From Antedon mediterranea (Eukaryota > Animalia > Echinodermata), in assembly GCF_964355755.1 (NCBI RefSeq), contig NC_092677.1:28507175-28571174 (forward strand): 64,000 bases of DNA. Reading direction: 5' to 3'. Both the position numbers and the translations under genes were made by a program. This document shows positions 11,010-24,400 of the stretch, one piece after another; position 1 is the stretch's first letter, and the number at the start of each line of letters is the position of its first letter. A model generated the notes under the pieces. It saw only the letters and a program-made list of their open reading frames with translations, was not told where the DNA came from and searched no databases.

Positions 11010-12394
11010 TCTGAGAAATTCTATTGACAAAAGTCATTATTGCTGGGGATTTCAACAGTGTTGATATCTCCCCTCTAATTAAACATGTCGTTGATTTGCA
11101 CCAAGTGGTTAAAGATAAAACCAGAGGAGACAAAATTCTTGATCTCATAATATCGGACCTTAAAGATTTTTATATGACTCCTATAATTCAAGCCCCACTT
11201 GGAAAAAGTGATCACAATGTCATTATTTGAAAACCGCTCAACTCAATTAAGTGTAATGGTTACAAAGATTTTTAAGCCTTGTACTGATTCGTCGATGAGA
11301 AGTTTCGGAAACTGGATTACCAAATTTGATTGGTTGCAAGTCTATAGTATAAAAGATGAAGATAATAAAGTGAATATAATTATGAACGATACCCTCAACA
11401 CCGCGTACAACAAGTTTTTTCCTACCAAACATTTGCGAGTTTATTCTACCGATAGACCTGGGATTACTCCATACATTAAGAAACTGATCAGGTATAGACA
11501 AACTGCTTTTAGGATGAAAAAACATGAACGTTACAAAACACTTAGAAATACAGTAAGGTAATATGGGAAATAAAGAAAGCTAAGGAGAAGTACTATCGTT
11601 ATAAAGTAAAAACGCTTGAGGTAAGCAATCCCCGTGGTACGACAAAGTGAAGCAGATTTGTGGTAAGCGAAAAGACAAATCAAGAATTACATTTGATAAT
11701 CCTTTACCAATCCCAGATTCCGTTGCCTCTAAACAAATTAATGAACACGTTGCAAACATTTTTCGTGAACTGGATCCTCTCGAACTTGATGAATTGCCTA
11801 TATACCTCCCAGCTGAGAGTCCACCACCACAGATTTTATGCTTTGAAGTCCAACAACAATTATAAAGAGTGCAGATTAATAAATCAGTTCCACCTAGAGA
11901 AATTCCACCAGTTATCATCAAGGAATTTGCACCCGAAATAGCAGAGCCCCTAACGCATATATTTAATTCTTCTTTGAAAGAGGGTGTTGTACTCAAAGCT
12001 TGGAAACAAGCTACCGTTATACCGATCCCAAAGAAAATAGGTACAGTCAGTATTGAACAGATTAGACCGATCTCGCTTACGCCACTGTTTATCCGAATCT
12101 TTGAACATTTTCTAACTAAATGATTAAATGAAGACATCTACCATTATAGATAAACAGCAGTTTGGTAATGTCAAAATTATCAGCACAAGTCATTACCTCA
12201 TTGGGCTCTTACACTACCTTCTTTTTGGACTGGAAAAACCTGGTCACAAAGCATGAATTCTTGCTGTAAATTTCAGCAAAGCTTTCAACCGTATTAGTCA
12301 CCAGGTACTAATCAGTAAGATGATATCAATTGGTGTCAGGAAGTCTATCATCCCGTGAGTCTGTAGCTTCTTAACTTGTAGAGAACAAAGAGTG
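11010..12394 (+). pseudogene. Degenerate LINE ORF2 fragment (APE endonuclease end to early RT), cut at its 3' side
   Basis: IIAGDFN, TRGDKILDLI and SDH endonuclease motifs, then EPLTHIFN, WKQATVIPIPK, RPISLT and FSKAF, with many stops and frameshifts. Ends before the PQG/YADD motifs. Confidence 0.88.
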
Positions 12395-12928
12395 CATACC
12401 CGGAACATACTCAAAACATACTCGGATCATACTCGAAACATACTCGGATGATACTCGAAACATACCCGGAACATACTCGGAACATACTTGGAACATACTT
12501 GGAATATACTCGGAACATACCCGGAACATACCCGGAACATTCTCGGAACATAATCGAAACATTCTCGGAACATACTCGGAACATACTCGGAAAATACTGG
12601 GAATATACTCAGAACATACTCGGAACATATTCGGTACAAACCCGGAACATACATGGAACATACTTGGAACATATTAGAACATTCTCGGAACATACTCGAA
12701 ACATTCTTGGAACATACTCGGATCATACTTGGAACATACTCGGAACATACTTGGAACATACTTGGAACATACTAGGAACATACACGGAACATACCCGGAA
12801 CAAACCCAGAACATACTCGGAACAAACTCGGAACATACTCGGATCATATTCGGGTCATTCTCGGAACATACTCGGAACATACTCGGATCATACTCGGAAC
12901 ATACCGGGAACATTCTCAGAACATTCTT
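12395..12928 (+). repeat. 11-bp satellite variant (GGAACATACTC)n
   Basis: About 48 degenerate 11-mers that differ from the main monomer by one inserted A. Confidence 0.92.
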
Positions 12929-15900
12929 GGAAGTACTCGAAACTACTCGGAAATACTCGCACCTTTTCGCACCTTTTCGGAACTTTTCGGGACTACTTGG
13001 AACAACTCGGAACTACTCGGAACTTCTCGGGACTTCTCGGAACTACTCAGAAATACTCGGAACTACTCGGAACTACTCAGAACTACTCGTAACTACTCGG
13101 AAATACTCGCACCTTTTCGGAACTACTTGGAACTATTCGGAACTACTCGTCACAACTCGGAACTACACGGAACTACACGGAACTACTCGAAACTACTTGG
13201 AACTACTCGAAACTACTCGGAACTACTCGTCATTATTCGGAACTACTCGGAACTAACTAATCTGAACTAGTCTGAACTACTCGGAACTACTCGGAAATTC
13301 TCAAAACTACTCGGAACTACTCGTCATTATTTGGAACTACTCGGAACTATACTCGGAAATACTCAGAACTACTCGGAAATACTTGGAACTTATCCAAACT
13401 TATCGGAACTACTCAAAACTACTCAGAACTACTAGGAACTACTCTGAACTACTCGGAACTACTCTGGACTACTCGGAACTTCTCGGAACTACCCGGAACT
13501 ATTCGGAACTACTCGGAACTACGCGGAACTACTCGGAAATTCTCGGAACTACTTGGAACTACTCGGAACTACTCGGAACTACTCATCATTATTCGGAACT
13601 ACTCGGAATTTCTCGGAACTACTCGGAAATACTCGGAACTTATCCGAACTTATCCGAACTAGTCGGAACTACTCAAAACTACTCGGAACTACTAGGAACT
13701 ACTCGGAACTACTCTGAACTACTCGGAACTACTCGTCATTATTCGGACCTACTTGGAACTACTCGGAAATACTCGGAAATACTCGGAACTTATCCGAACT
13801 TATCGGAACTACTCGGAACTACTAGGAACTACTCGGAACTAAACTGAACTACTCGAACTACTCAAAACTTCTCAGAAATATTTGGAACTACTCGGAACTA
13901 CTTTGAACTAACTAATCTGAACTACTCGGAACTACTCGGAATTTTTCGAAAATACTCGGAACTACTCAGAACTTCTCTGAACTACTCGTAACTACTCGTC
14001 ATTATTCGGAACTACTCGGAACTACTCGGAAATACTCGGAACTTATCGGAACTACTCGAAACTACTCGGAACTACTCGGAACTAAACTGAACTACTCGTA
14101 ACTACTCGGAACTTCTCAGAAATATTTGGAACTACTCGGAACTACTCTGAACTAACTAATCTGAACTACTCGGAACTATTCAGAAATATTCGGAAATACT
14201 CGGAACTTCTCGGAACTACTCGGAACTACTCGAAACTACTCGAAACTACTCGGAACTACTCGGAACTTCTCGGAACTACTCGTAACTACTCGTCATTACT
14301 CGGGACTACTCGGAAATACTCGGAACTTATCCGAACTTATCGGAACTACTCGGAACTACTAGGAACTACTCGGAACTAAACTGAACTACTCAAAACTTCT
14401 CAGAAATATTTTGAACTACTCGGAACTACTTTGAACTAACTAATCTGAACTACTCGGAATTATTCGAAAATACTCGGAACTACTCGGAACTTCTCGGAAC
14501 TACTCGTAACTACTCGTCATTATTCGGAACTACTCGGAACTACTCGGAAATACTCGGAACTTATCGGAACTACTCGAAACTACTCGGAACTACTCGGAAC
14601 TATTTTGAACTACTCGGAACTAAACTGAACTACTCGTAACTACTCGGAACTTCTCAGAAATATTTGGAACTACTCGGAACTACTCTCAACTAACTAATCT
14701 GAACTACTCGGAACTATTCAGAAATATTCGGAAATACTCGGAAATACTCGGAACTTCTCGGAACTACTCGGAACTACTCGAAACTACTCAAAACTACTCA
14801 AAACTGCTAGAAACTACTCGGAACTACTCGAAACTACTCGGAACTACTCGGAACTTCTCGGAACTACTCGTAACTACTCGTCATTACTCTGGACTACTCG
14901 GAAATACTCGGAACTACTCGGAAATACTCGGAACTTATCCGAACTTATCGGAACTACTCGGAACTACTCGGAACTACTCAAAACTACTCGGAACTACTCG
15001 GAACTACTAGGAACTACTCGAAACTATTTGGAACTACTCGGAACTAAACTGAACTACTCGGAACTACTCGGAACTTCTCAGAAATATTTGGAACTACTCG
15101 GAACTACTCTGAACTAACTAATCTGAACTAATCTGAACTACTCGGAACTATTCAGAAATACTCGGAACTATCGGAACTACTAGGAACTTTTCAGAACTAC
15201 TCTAAACTACTCTGAACTATTCGGAACTATTCGGAACTACTCAGCACTACTCGGAACTACTCGGAACTTCTCGGAACTACTCGGAACTTCTCGGATCTAC
15301 CGGAACTACTCGGAGCTACTCGGAACTACTCGGAACTACTCGGAAATACTCGGAACTTATCGGAACTTATTGGAACTACTCGGAACTACTCGGAACTACT
15401 AGGAACTACTCGGAACTACTGGGAACTAAACTGAACTACTCGGAACTTCTCAGAAATATTAGGAACTACTCGGAACTACTCTGAACTAACTAATCTGAAT
15501 TAATCTGAACTACTCGGAACTACTCAGAACTTCTCGGAACTACTCAACATTATTCGGAACTACTCGGAACTTATTCGAACTTATCGGAACTACTCGGAAA
15601 TACTCGGAAATACTCGGAACTTATCCGAACTTATCGGAACTACTCGGAACTACTAGGAACTACTCGGAACTAAACTGAACTACTCGAACTACTCAAAACT
15701 TCTCAGAAATATTTGGAACTACTCGGAACTACTCTGAATTTTTCGAAAATACTCGGAACTACTCAGAAATTCTCTGAACTACTCGTAACTACTCGTCATT
15801 ATTCGGAACTACTCGGAAATACTCGGAACTTATCGGAACTACTCGAAACTACTCGGAACTACTCGGAACTATTTTGAACTACTCGGAACTAAACTGAACT

Positions 15901-17653
15901 ACTCGTAACTACTCGGAACTTCTCAGAAATATTTGGAACTACTCGGAACTACTCTGAACTAACTAATCTGAACTACTCGGAACTATTCAGAAATATTCGG
16001 AAATACTCGGAACTTCTCGGAACTACTCGGAACTACTCGAAACTACTCGAAACTACTCAAAACTACTCGAAACTACTCGGAACTACTAGGAACTACTCGA
16101 AACTACTCGGAACTACTCGGAACTACTCGGAACTACTCGTAACTACTCGTCATTACTCGGGACTACTCGGAAATACTCGGAACTTATCCGAACTTATCGG
16201 AACTACTCGGAACTACTAGGAACTACTCGGAACTAAACTGAACTACTCAAAACTTCTCAGAAATATTTGGAACTACTCGGAACTACTTTGAACTAACTAA
16301 TCTGAACTACTCGGAACTACTCGGAATTATTCGAAAATACTCGGAACTACTCGGAACTTCTCGGAACTACTCGTAACTACTCGTCATTATTCGGAACTAC
16401 TCGGAACTACTCGGAAATACTCGGAACTTATCGGAACTACTCGAAACTACTCGGAACTACTCGGAACTATTTTGAACTACTCGGAACTAAACTGAACTAC
16501 TCGTAACTACTCGGAACTTCTCAGAAATATTTGGAACTACTCGGAACTACTCTCAACTAACTAATCTGAACTACTCGGAACTATTCAGAAATATTCGGAA
16601 ATACTCGGAAATACTCGGAACTTCTCGGAACTACTCGAAACTACTCGAAACTGCTAGAAACTACTCGGAACTACTAGGAACTACTCGAAACTACTCGGAA
16701 CTACTCGGAACTTCTCGGAACTACTCGTAACTACTCGTCATTACTCTGGACTACTCGGAAATACTCGGAACTACTCGGAAATACTCGGAACTTATCCGAA
16801 CTTATCGGAACTACTCGGAACTTATCGGAACTACTCGGAACTACTCAAAACTACTCGGAACTACTCGGAACTACTAGGAACTACTCGAAACTATTTGGAA
16901 CTACTCGGAACTAAACTGAACTACTCGGAACTACTCGGAACTTCTCAGAAATATTTGGAACTACTCGGAACTACTCTGAACTAACTAATCTGAACTAATC
17001 TGAACTACTCGGAACTATTCAGAAATACTCGGAACTATCGGAACTACTAGGAACTTCTCAGAACTACTCTAAACTACTCTGAACTATTCGGAACTATTCG
17101 GAACTACTCAGCACTACTCGGAACTACTCGGAACTTCTCGGAACTACTCGGAACTTCTCGGATCTACCGGAACTACTCGGAGCTACTCGGAACTACTCGG
17201 AACTACTCGGAAATACTCGGAACTTATCGGAACTTATTGGAACTACTCGGAACTACTCGGAACTACTAGGAACTACTCGGAACTACTGGGAACTAAACTG
17301 AACTACTCGGAACTTCTCAGAAATATTCGGAACTACTCGGAACTACTCTGAACTAACTAATCTGAATTAATCTGAACTACTCGGAACTACTCGGAACTTC
17401 TCGGAACTACTCGTCATTATTCGGAACTACTCGGAACTTATTCGAACTTATCGGAACTACTTGGAACTACTAGGAACTACTAGGAAGTACTCGGAACTAC
17501 TCAGAACTACTCGGAACTAAACTGAACTACTCGGAACTACTCGGAACTTCTCAGAAATATTTGGAACTACTCTGAACTAACTAATCTGAACTAAACTGAA
17601 CTACTCGGAACTATTCGGAAATACTCGGAACTACTCGGAACTACTCGTAACTA

Positions 17654-18469
17654 CCGTATATTTCGGTGTATAAGTCGCACCTGTGTATAAGACGCACCCT
17701 CTAACTGAGAGTAAAATATCTGTATTTTTTATATCGTCGGTGTATAAGACGAACCTTATATTTCATCAAAACAATGTTTTTTTAAATTGTAATCAATATT
17801 AATATTATTGTAATAATATATTTTGTTATATCTGCAACGGCGTCCTTTATTTAGGTTTTTTCTTACCTAGGCTCGGCCGCGCCCAGCCTCAACAGCCGCA
17901 ACATCGAGTGCATGACCGTGTGTGTAACACGTACGTGTGGGCTAGTCTCGCTCGATCATTTCGAGAGGGCGCACGTTTTCACGGACAATCGTATTCGATT
18001 AGTATCTATGTATCCGAGAAGTGTGTACGCTAGGTCCATGCTATAATCACCTGGAGAATATACTAGTCGATTACCGTACACCATGTGGCCGCCAAGAAGG
18101 GCTTGCGCTGGGGGTACGGCGATCGTATGTATAACTACTGTATAAATAAATACTATTCCAATCGTACGTAAACGTTTACAAATGAAATTTTATCGCAATA
18201 ATGAACAAATCTTTTCATCATATTTAGTATAACATCATGCTAAAATGCCTTGAAAACTAGGCAGAAGCAGGTTGCCGTTACGTTAGTTAGTTACTGTAGC
18301 TAGGCCTAGCCTACTCAGGCCTACCAAACGAGCTGACGATAGCCTAGCTAGGCCTGACCTATGTAAAATCTGTGTGGTGAGGCATTTATATTCGGTTTAT
18401 AAGACACACCCTTAATTTAGAGGTCAAATTTGCGTGTCAAAAGTGCGACTTATACACCGAAATATACAG
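17654..18469. mobile_element. Tc2/pogo-type MITE, 816 bp, copy 1
   Basis: TIRs CCGTATATTTCGGTGTATAAGTCGCAC and GTGCGACTTATACACCGAAATATACAG (one mismatch), TA TSD on both sides, and sub-terminal TATAAGAC repeats. Excision restores the satellite monomer. Confidence 0.92.
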
Positions 18470-21400
18470 TACTCGAAACTTCTCGGAACTACTCGGAACT
18501 ACCGGAACTACTCGGAATTACTCGGAACTACTCGGAAATACTCGGAACTAATCGGAACTTATCGGAACTAACTAATCTGAATTAATCTGAACTACTCGGA
18601 ACTACTCAGAATTACTAGGAAATACTCGGAACTTATCGTAACTACTCGGAAATACTCGGAACTACTCGGAACTAAACTAAACTACTCGGAACTACTCGAA
18701 ACTACTCGGAACTTCTCAGAAATATTTGGAACTACTCAGAACTACTCTGAACTAACTAATCTGAACTACTCGGAACTACTCGGAACTTCTCATAAATATT
18801 TGGAAGTACTCTGAACTAACTAATATGAACTAATCTGAACTACTCGGAGCTACTCGAAACTACTCGGAACTTCTCAGAAATATTTGGAACTACTCGGAAC
18901 TACTCTGAACTAACTAATCTGAACTACTCGGAACTACTCGGAACTTCTCATAAATATTTGGAAGTACTCTGAACTAACTAATATGAACTAATCTGAACTA
19001 CTCGGAACTACTGGGAACTACTCGGAACTGCTCTGAACTGCTCGGAACTACTCTGTACTACTCGGAACTACTCTGTACTACTCGGAACTACTCGTCATTA
19101 TTCGGAACTACTCGGAAATACTCGGAACTACTCGGAAATACTCGGAACTACTCGGAAATACTCGGAACTACGCGGAAATACTCGGAAATACTCGGAACTA
19201 CTTGGAACTACTCGGAACTACTCAGAAATACTCGGAACTTATCGGAGCTACTCGGAAATACTCGGAAATACTCGGAACTACTCGTCACAACTTGTCACAA
19301 CTCGTCACTACTTGGAATTACTCGGAATTACTCGTAACTTCTCAGAACTACTCGGAACTACTCGGAACTGCTCGGAACTACTCTGTACTACTCGGAACTA
19401 CTCGTCATTATTCGGAACTACTCGGAAATACTCGGAACTACTCGGAAATACTCGGAACTACTCGGAAATACTCGGAAATACTCGGAACTACTCGGAACTA
19501 CTCAGAAATACTCGGAACTTATCGGAGCTACTCGGAAATACTCGGAAATACTCGGAACTACTCGTCACAACTTGTCACAACTCGTCACTACTTGTCACTA
19601 CTTGGAATTACTCGGAATTACTCGTAACTTCTCAGAACTACTCTGAACTACCGGAACTACTCGAAACTACTCGAAACTTCTCGGAACTATTCGAAACTGC
19701 TCGGAACTACTCTGAACTACTCGTCAATATTAACTACTCGTCAATATTCTTAACTACTCGGAAGTACTCGGAAATACTCTGAACTTATCGGAACTACTCG
19801 GAAATACTCGGAACTACTCGGAACTACTCGGAACTTTTTGGAACTACTCGGAACGACTCGGAACTACTCGGGACTTCTCAGAACAACTCGGAACTACTCG
19901 TCAATATTCGGAACTATTTGGAACTACTCGGAATTACTTGGAACTACTCGGATCTCCTTGTAACAACTCGGGACTACTCTGAACTACTCTGAACTACTCT
20001 GAACTATTCGGAACTACTCGGAACTACTCGGCACTACTCGGCACTACTCAGAACTTCTCGGAACTACTCGGAACTACCGGGAACTACTCGGAAATACTCG
20101 GAACTACTCGGAACTACTATGAACTACTCGGAACTACTCGAAACTAAACTGAACTACTCGGAACTACTCGGAACTTCTCGGAACTTCTCAGAAATATTTG
20201 GAACTACTCGGAACTACTGTAAACTAACTAATCTGAATTAATTTGAACTACTCGGAACTACTCGGAACTTCTCGGAACTACTCGTCATTATTCGAAACTA
20301 CTCGGAACTACTCGGAACTTCTCAGAAATATTTAGAACTACTCGGAACTACTCTGAACTAACTAATCTTAACTAAACTGAACTAAACTGAACTACTCGAA
20401 ACTATTCGGAAATACTCTGAACTATTGGAACTACTCGGAACTTCTTGAAACTACTCTGAACTACTCTGAACTACTCGGAACTATTCGGAACTACTCGGAA
20501 CTACTCGGCACTACTCGGAACTACTTGGAACTTCTTGGAATTACTCAAAACTTCTCGGAACTACTCGGAAGTACCGGAACTACTCGGAATTACTCGGAAC
20601 TACTCAGAACTACTCGGAAATACTCGGAACTTATCGGAACTAACTAATCTGAATTAATCTGAACTACTCGGAACTACTCGGAACTACTCGGAACTACTCG
20701 TAACTTATCAGAACTTATCGGAACTACTCGGAAATACTCGGAACTAAACTGAACTACTCGAAACTACTCGGAACTTCTAAGAAATATTTGGAACTACTCT
20801 GAACTAACTAATCTGAACTAAACTGAACTACTCGGAACTACTCGGAACTTCTCATAAATATTTGGAAGTACTCTGAACTAACTAATATGAACTAATCTGA
20901 ACTACTCGGAACTATTTGGAACTACTCGGAACGACTCGGAACTACTCGGGACTACTCAGGACTTCTCGGAAGTACTCGGAAGTAATTGGAACTACACAGA
21001 ACTACTCGGAACTACTCAGAACTACTCGAAACTTCTCAGAACAACTCGGAACTACTCGTCAATATTCGAAACTATTTGGAACTACTCGGAATTACTCGGA
21101 ACTACTCGGATCTCCGTGTAACAACTCGGAACTACTCGGGACTACTCGGGACTACTCTGAACTACTCTGAACTATTCGGAACTACTCGGCACTACTCGGA
21201 ACTTCTCAGAACTACTCGGAACTTCTCGGAACTACCGGAACTACTCGGAACTACTCGGAAATACTCGGAACTTATCGGAACTTATCGGAACTACTCGGAA
21301 CTACTAGGAACGACTCGGAACTACTCGGAACTAAACTGAACTACTCGGAACTACTCGGAACTTCTCAGAAATATTTGGAACTACTCGGAACTACTCTGAA

Positions 21401-24400
21401 CTAACTAATCTGAATTAATCTGAACTACTCGGAACAACTCGGAACTACTCGCAACTTCTCGGAACTACTCGTCATTATTCGGAACTACTCGGAAATACTC
21501 GGAACTACTCGGAACTTATTGGAACTTATCGAAACTACTCGGAAATACTCAGAACTACTCGGAACTACTCTGAACTAACTAATCTGAACTAAACTGAACT
21601 ACTCGAAACTATTCGGAATACTTGGAAATACTCGGAACTAGTGGAACTACTCGGAACTTCTCGGAATTACTCTGAACTACTCTGTACTACTCGGAACTAC
21701 TCGGCACTACTCGGAACTACTCGGAAATACTGGGAAATTATCGGAACTAACTAATCTGAATTAATCTGAACTACTCGGAACTACTCGGAAATACTCGTAA
21801 CTTATCGGAACTTATCGGAACTACTCGGAAATACTCGGAACTAAACTGAACTACTCGAAACTACTCGGAACTTCTAAGAAATATTTGGAACTACTCTGAA
21901 CTAACTAATCTGAACTAAACTGAACTACTCGGAAATACTCGGAACTACTCGGAACTACTTGGAACTACTGTAAACTAACTAATCTGAATTAATTTGAACT
22001 ACTCGGAACTACTCGGAACTTCTCGGAACTACTCGTCATTATTCGGAACTACTCGGAACTTCTCAGAAATATTTAGAACTACTCGGAACTACTCTGAACT
22101 AACTAATCTGAACTAAATTGAACTAAACTGAACTACTCGAAACTATTCGGAAATACTCGGAACTTCTTGAAACTACTCGGAACTTCTTGAAACTACTCTG
22201 AACTACTCTGAACTATTCGGAACTACTCGGAACTACTCGGCACTACTCGGAACTACTTGGAACTTCTTGGAATTACTCAAAACTTCTCGGAACTACTCAG
22301 AAGTACCGGAACTACTCGGAATTACTCGGAACTACTCGAAACTAAACTGAACTACTCGGAACTACTCGGAACTTCTCAGAAATATTTGGAACTACTCGGA
22401 ACTACTGTAAACTAACTAATCTGAATTAATTTGAACTACTCGGAACTTCTCAGAACTACTCGTCATTATTCGGAACTACTCGGAACTACTCGGAACTTCT
22501 CAGAAATATTTAGAACTACTCGGAACTACTCTGAACTAACTAATGTGAACTAAACTGAACTAAACTGAACTACTCGAAACTATTCGGAAATACTCGGAAA
22601 TACTCGGAACTATTGGAACTACTCGGAACTTTTTGAAACTACTCTGAACTATTCGGAACTACTCGGAACTACTCGGCACTACTCGGCACTACTCGGAACT
22701 ACTTGGAACTTCTTGGAATTACTCAAAAGTTCTCGGAACTACTCGGAAGTACCGGAACTACTCGGAATTACTCGGAACTACTCGGAAATACTCGGAACTT
22801 ATCGGAACTAACTAATCTGAATTAATCTGAACTACTCGGAACTACTCGGAACTACTCGGAACTACTCGGAACTACTCTGAACTACTCGGAAATACTCGGA
22901 ACTTATCAGAACTTATCGGAACTACTCGGAAATACTCGGAACTAAACTGAACTACTCGAAACTACTCGGAACTTCTAAGAAATATTTGGAACTACTCTGA
23001 ACTAACTAATCTGAACTAAACTGAACTACTCGGAACTACTCGGAACTTCTCATAAATATTTAGAAGTACTCTGAACTAACTAATATGAACTAATCTGAAC
23101 TACTCGGAACTATTTGGAACTACTCGGAACGACTCGGAACTACTCGGGACTACTCAGGACTTCTCGGAAGTACTCGGAAGTAATTGGAACTACACAGAAC
23201 TACTCGGAACTACTCGGAACTACTCAGAACTACTCGAAACTTCTCAGAACAACTCGGAACTACTCGTCAATATTCGAAACTATTTGGAACTACTCGGAAT
23301 TACTCGGAACTACTCGGATTTCCGTGTAACAACTCGGAACTACTCGGGACTACTCGGGACTACTCTGAACTACTCTGAACTACTCTGAACTATTCGGAAC
23401 TACTCGGCACTACTCGGAACTTCTCAGAACTACTCGGAACTTCTCGGAACTACCGGAACTACTCAGAAATACTCGGAACTTATCGGAACTTATCGGAACT
23501 ACTAGGAACTACTCGGAACTACTCGGAACTAAACTGAACTACTCGGAACTACTCGGAACTACTCGGAACTTCTCAGAAATATTTGGAACTACTCGGAACT
23601 ACTCTGAACTAACTAATCTGAATTAATCTGAACTACTCGGAACAACTCGGAACTACTCGGAACTACTCGCAACTTCTCGGAACTACTCGTCATTATTCGG
23701 AACTACTCGGAAATACTCGGAACTTATTGGAACTTATCGGAACTACTCGGAAATACTCAGAACTACTCGGAACTACTCTGAACTAACTAATCTGAACTAA
23801 ACTGAACTACTCGAAACTATTCGGAATACTTGGAAATACTCTGAACTATTGGAACTACTCGGAACTTCTCGGAACTACTCTGAACTACTCTGTACTACTC
23901 GGAACTACTCGGCACTACTCGGAACTACTCGGAAATACTGGGAAATTATCGGAACTAACTAATCTGAATTAATCTGAACTACTCGGAACTACTCGGAAAT
24001 ACTCGGAACTTATCCGAACTTATCGGAACTACTCGGAACTACTAGGAACTACTCGGAACTAAACTGAACTACTCGAACTACTCAAAACTTCTCAGAAATA
24101 TTTGGAACTACTCGGAACTACTTTGAACTAACTAATCTGAACTACTCGGAACTACTCGGAATTTTTCGAAAATACTCGGAACTACTCAGAACTTCTCTGA
24201 ACTACTCGTAACTACTCGTCATTATTCGGAACTACTCGGAACTACTCGGAAATACTCGGAACTTATCGGAACTACTCGAAACTACTCGGAACTACTCGGA
24301 ACTAAACTGAACTACTCGTAACTACTCGGAACTTCTCAGAAATATTTGGAACTACTCGGAACTACTCTGAACTAACTAATCTGAACTACTCGGAACTATT

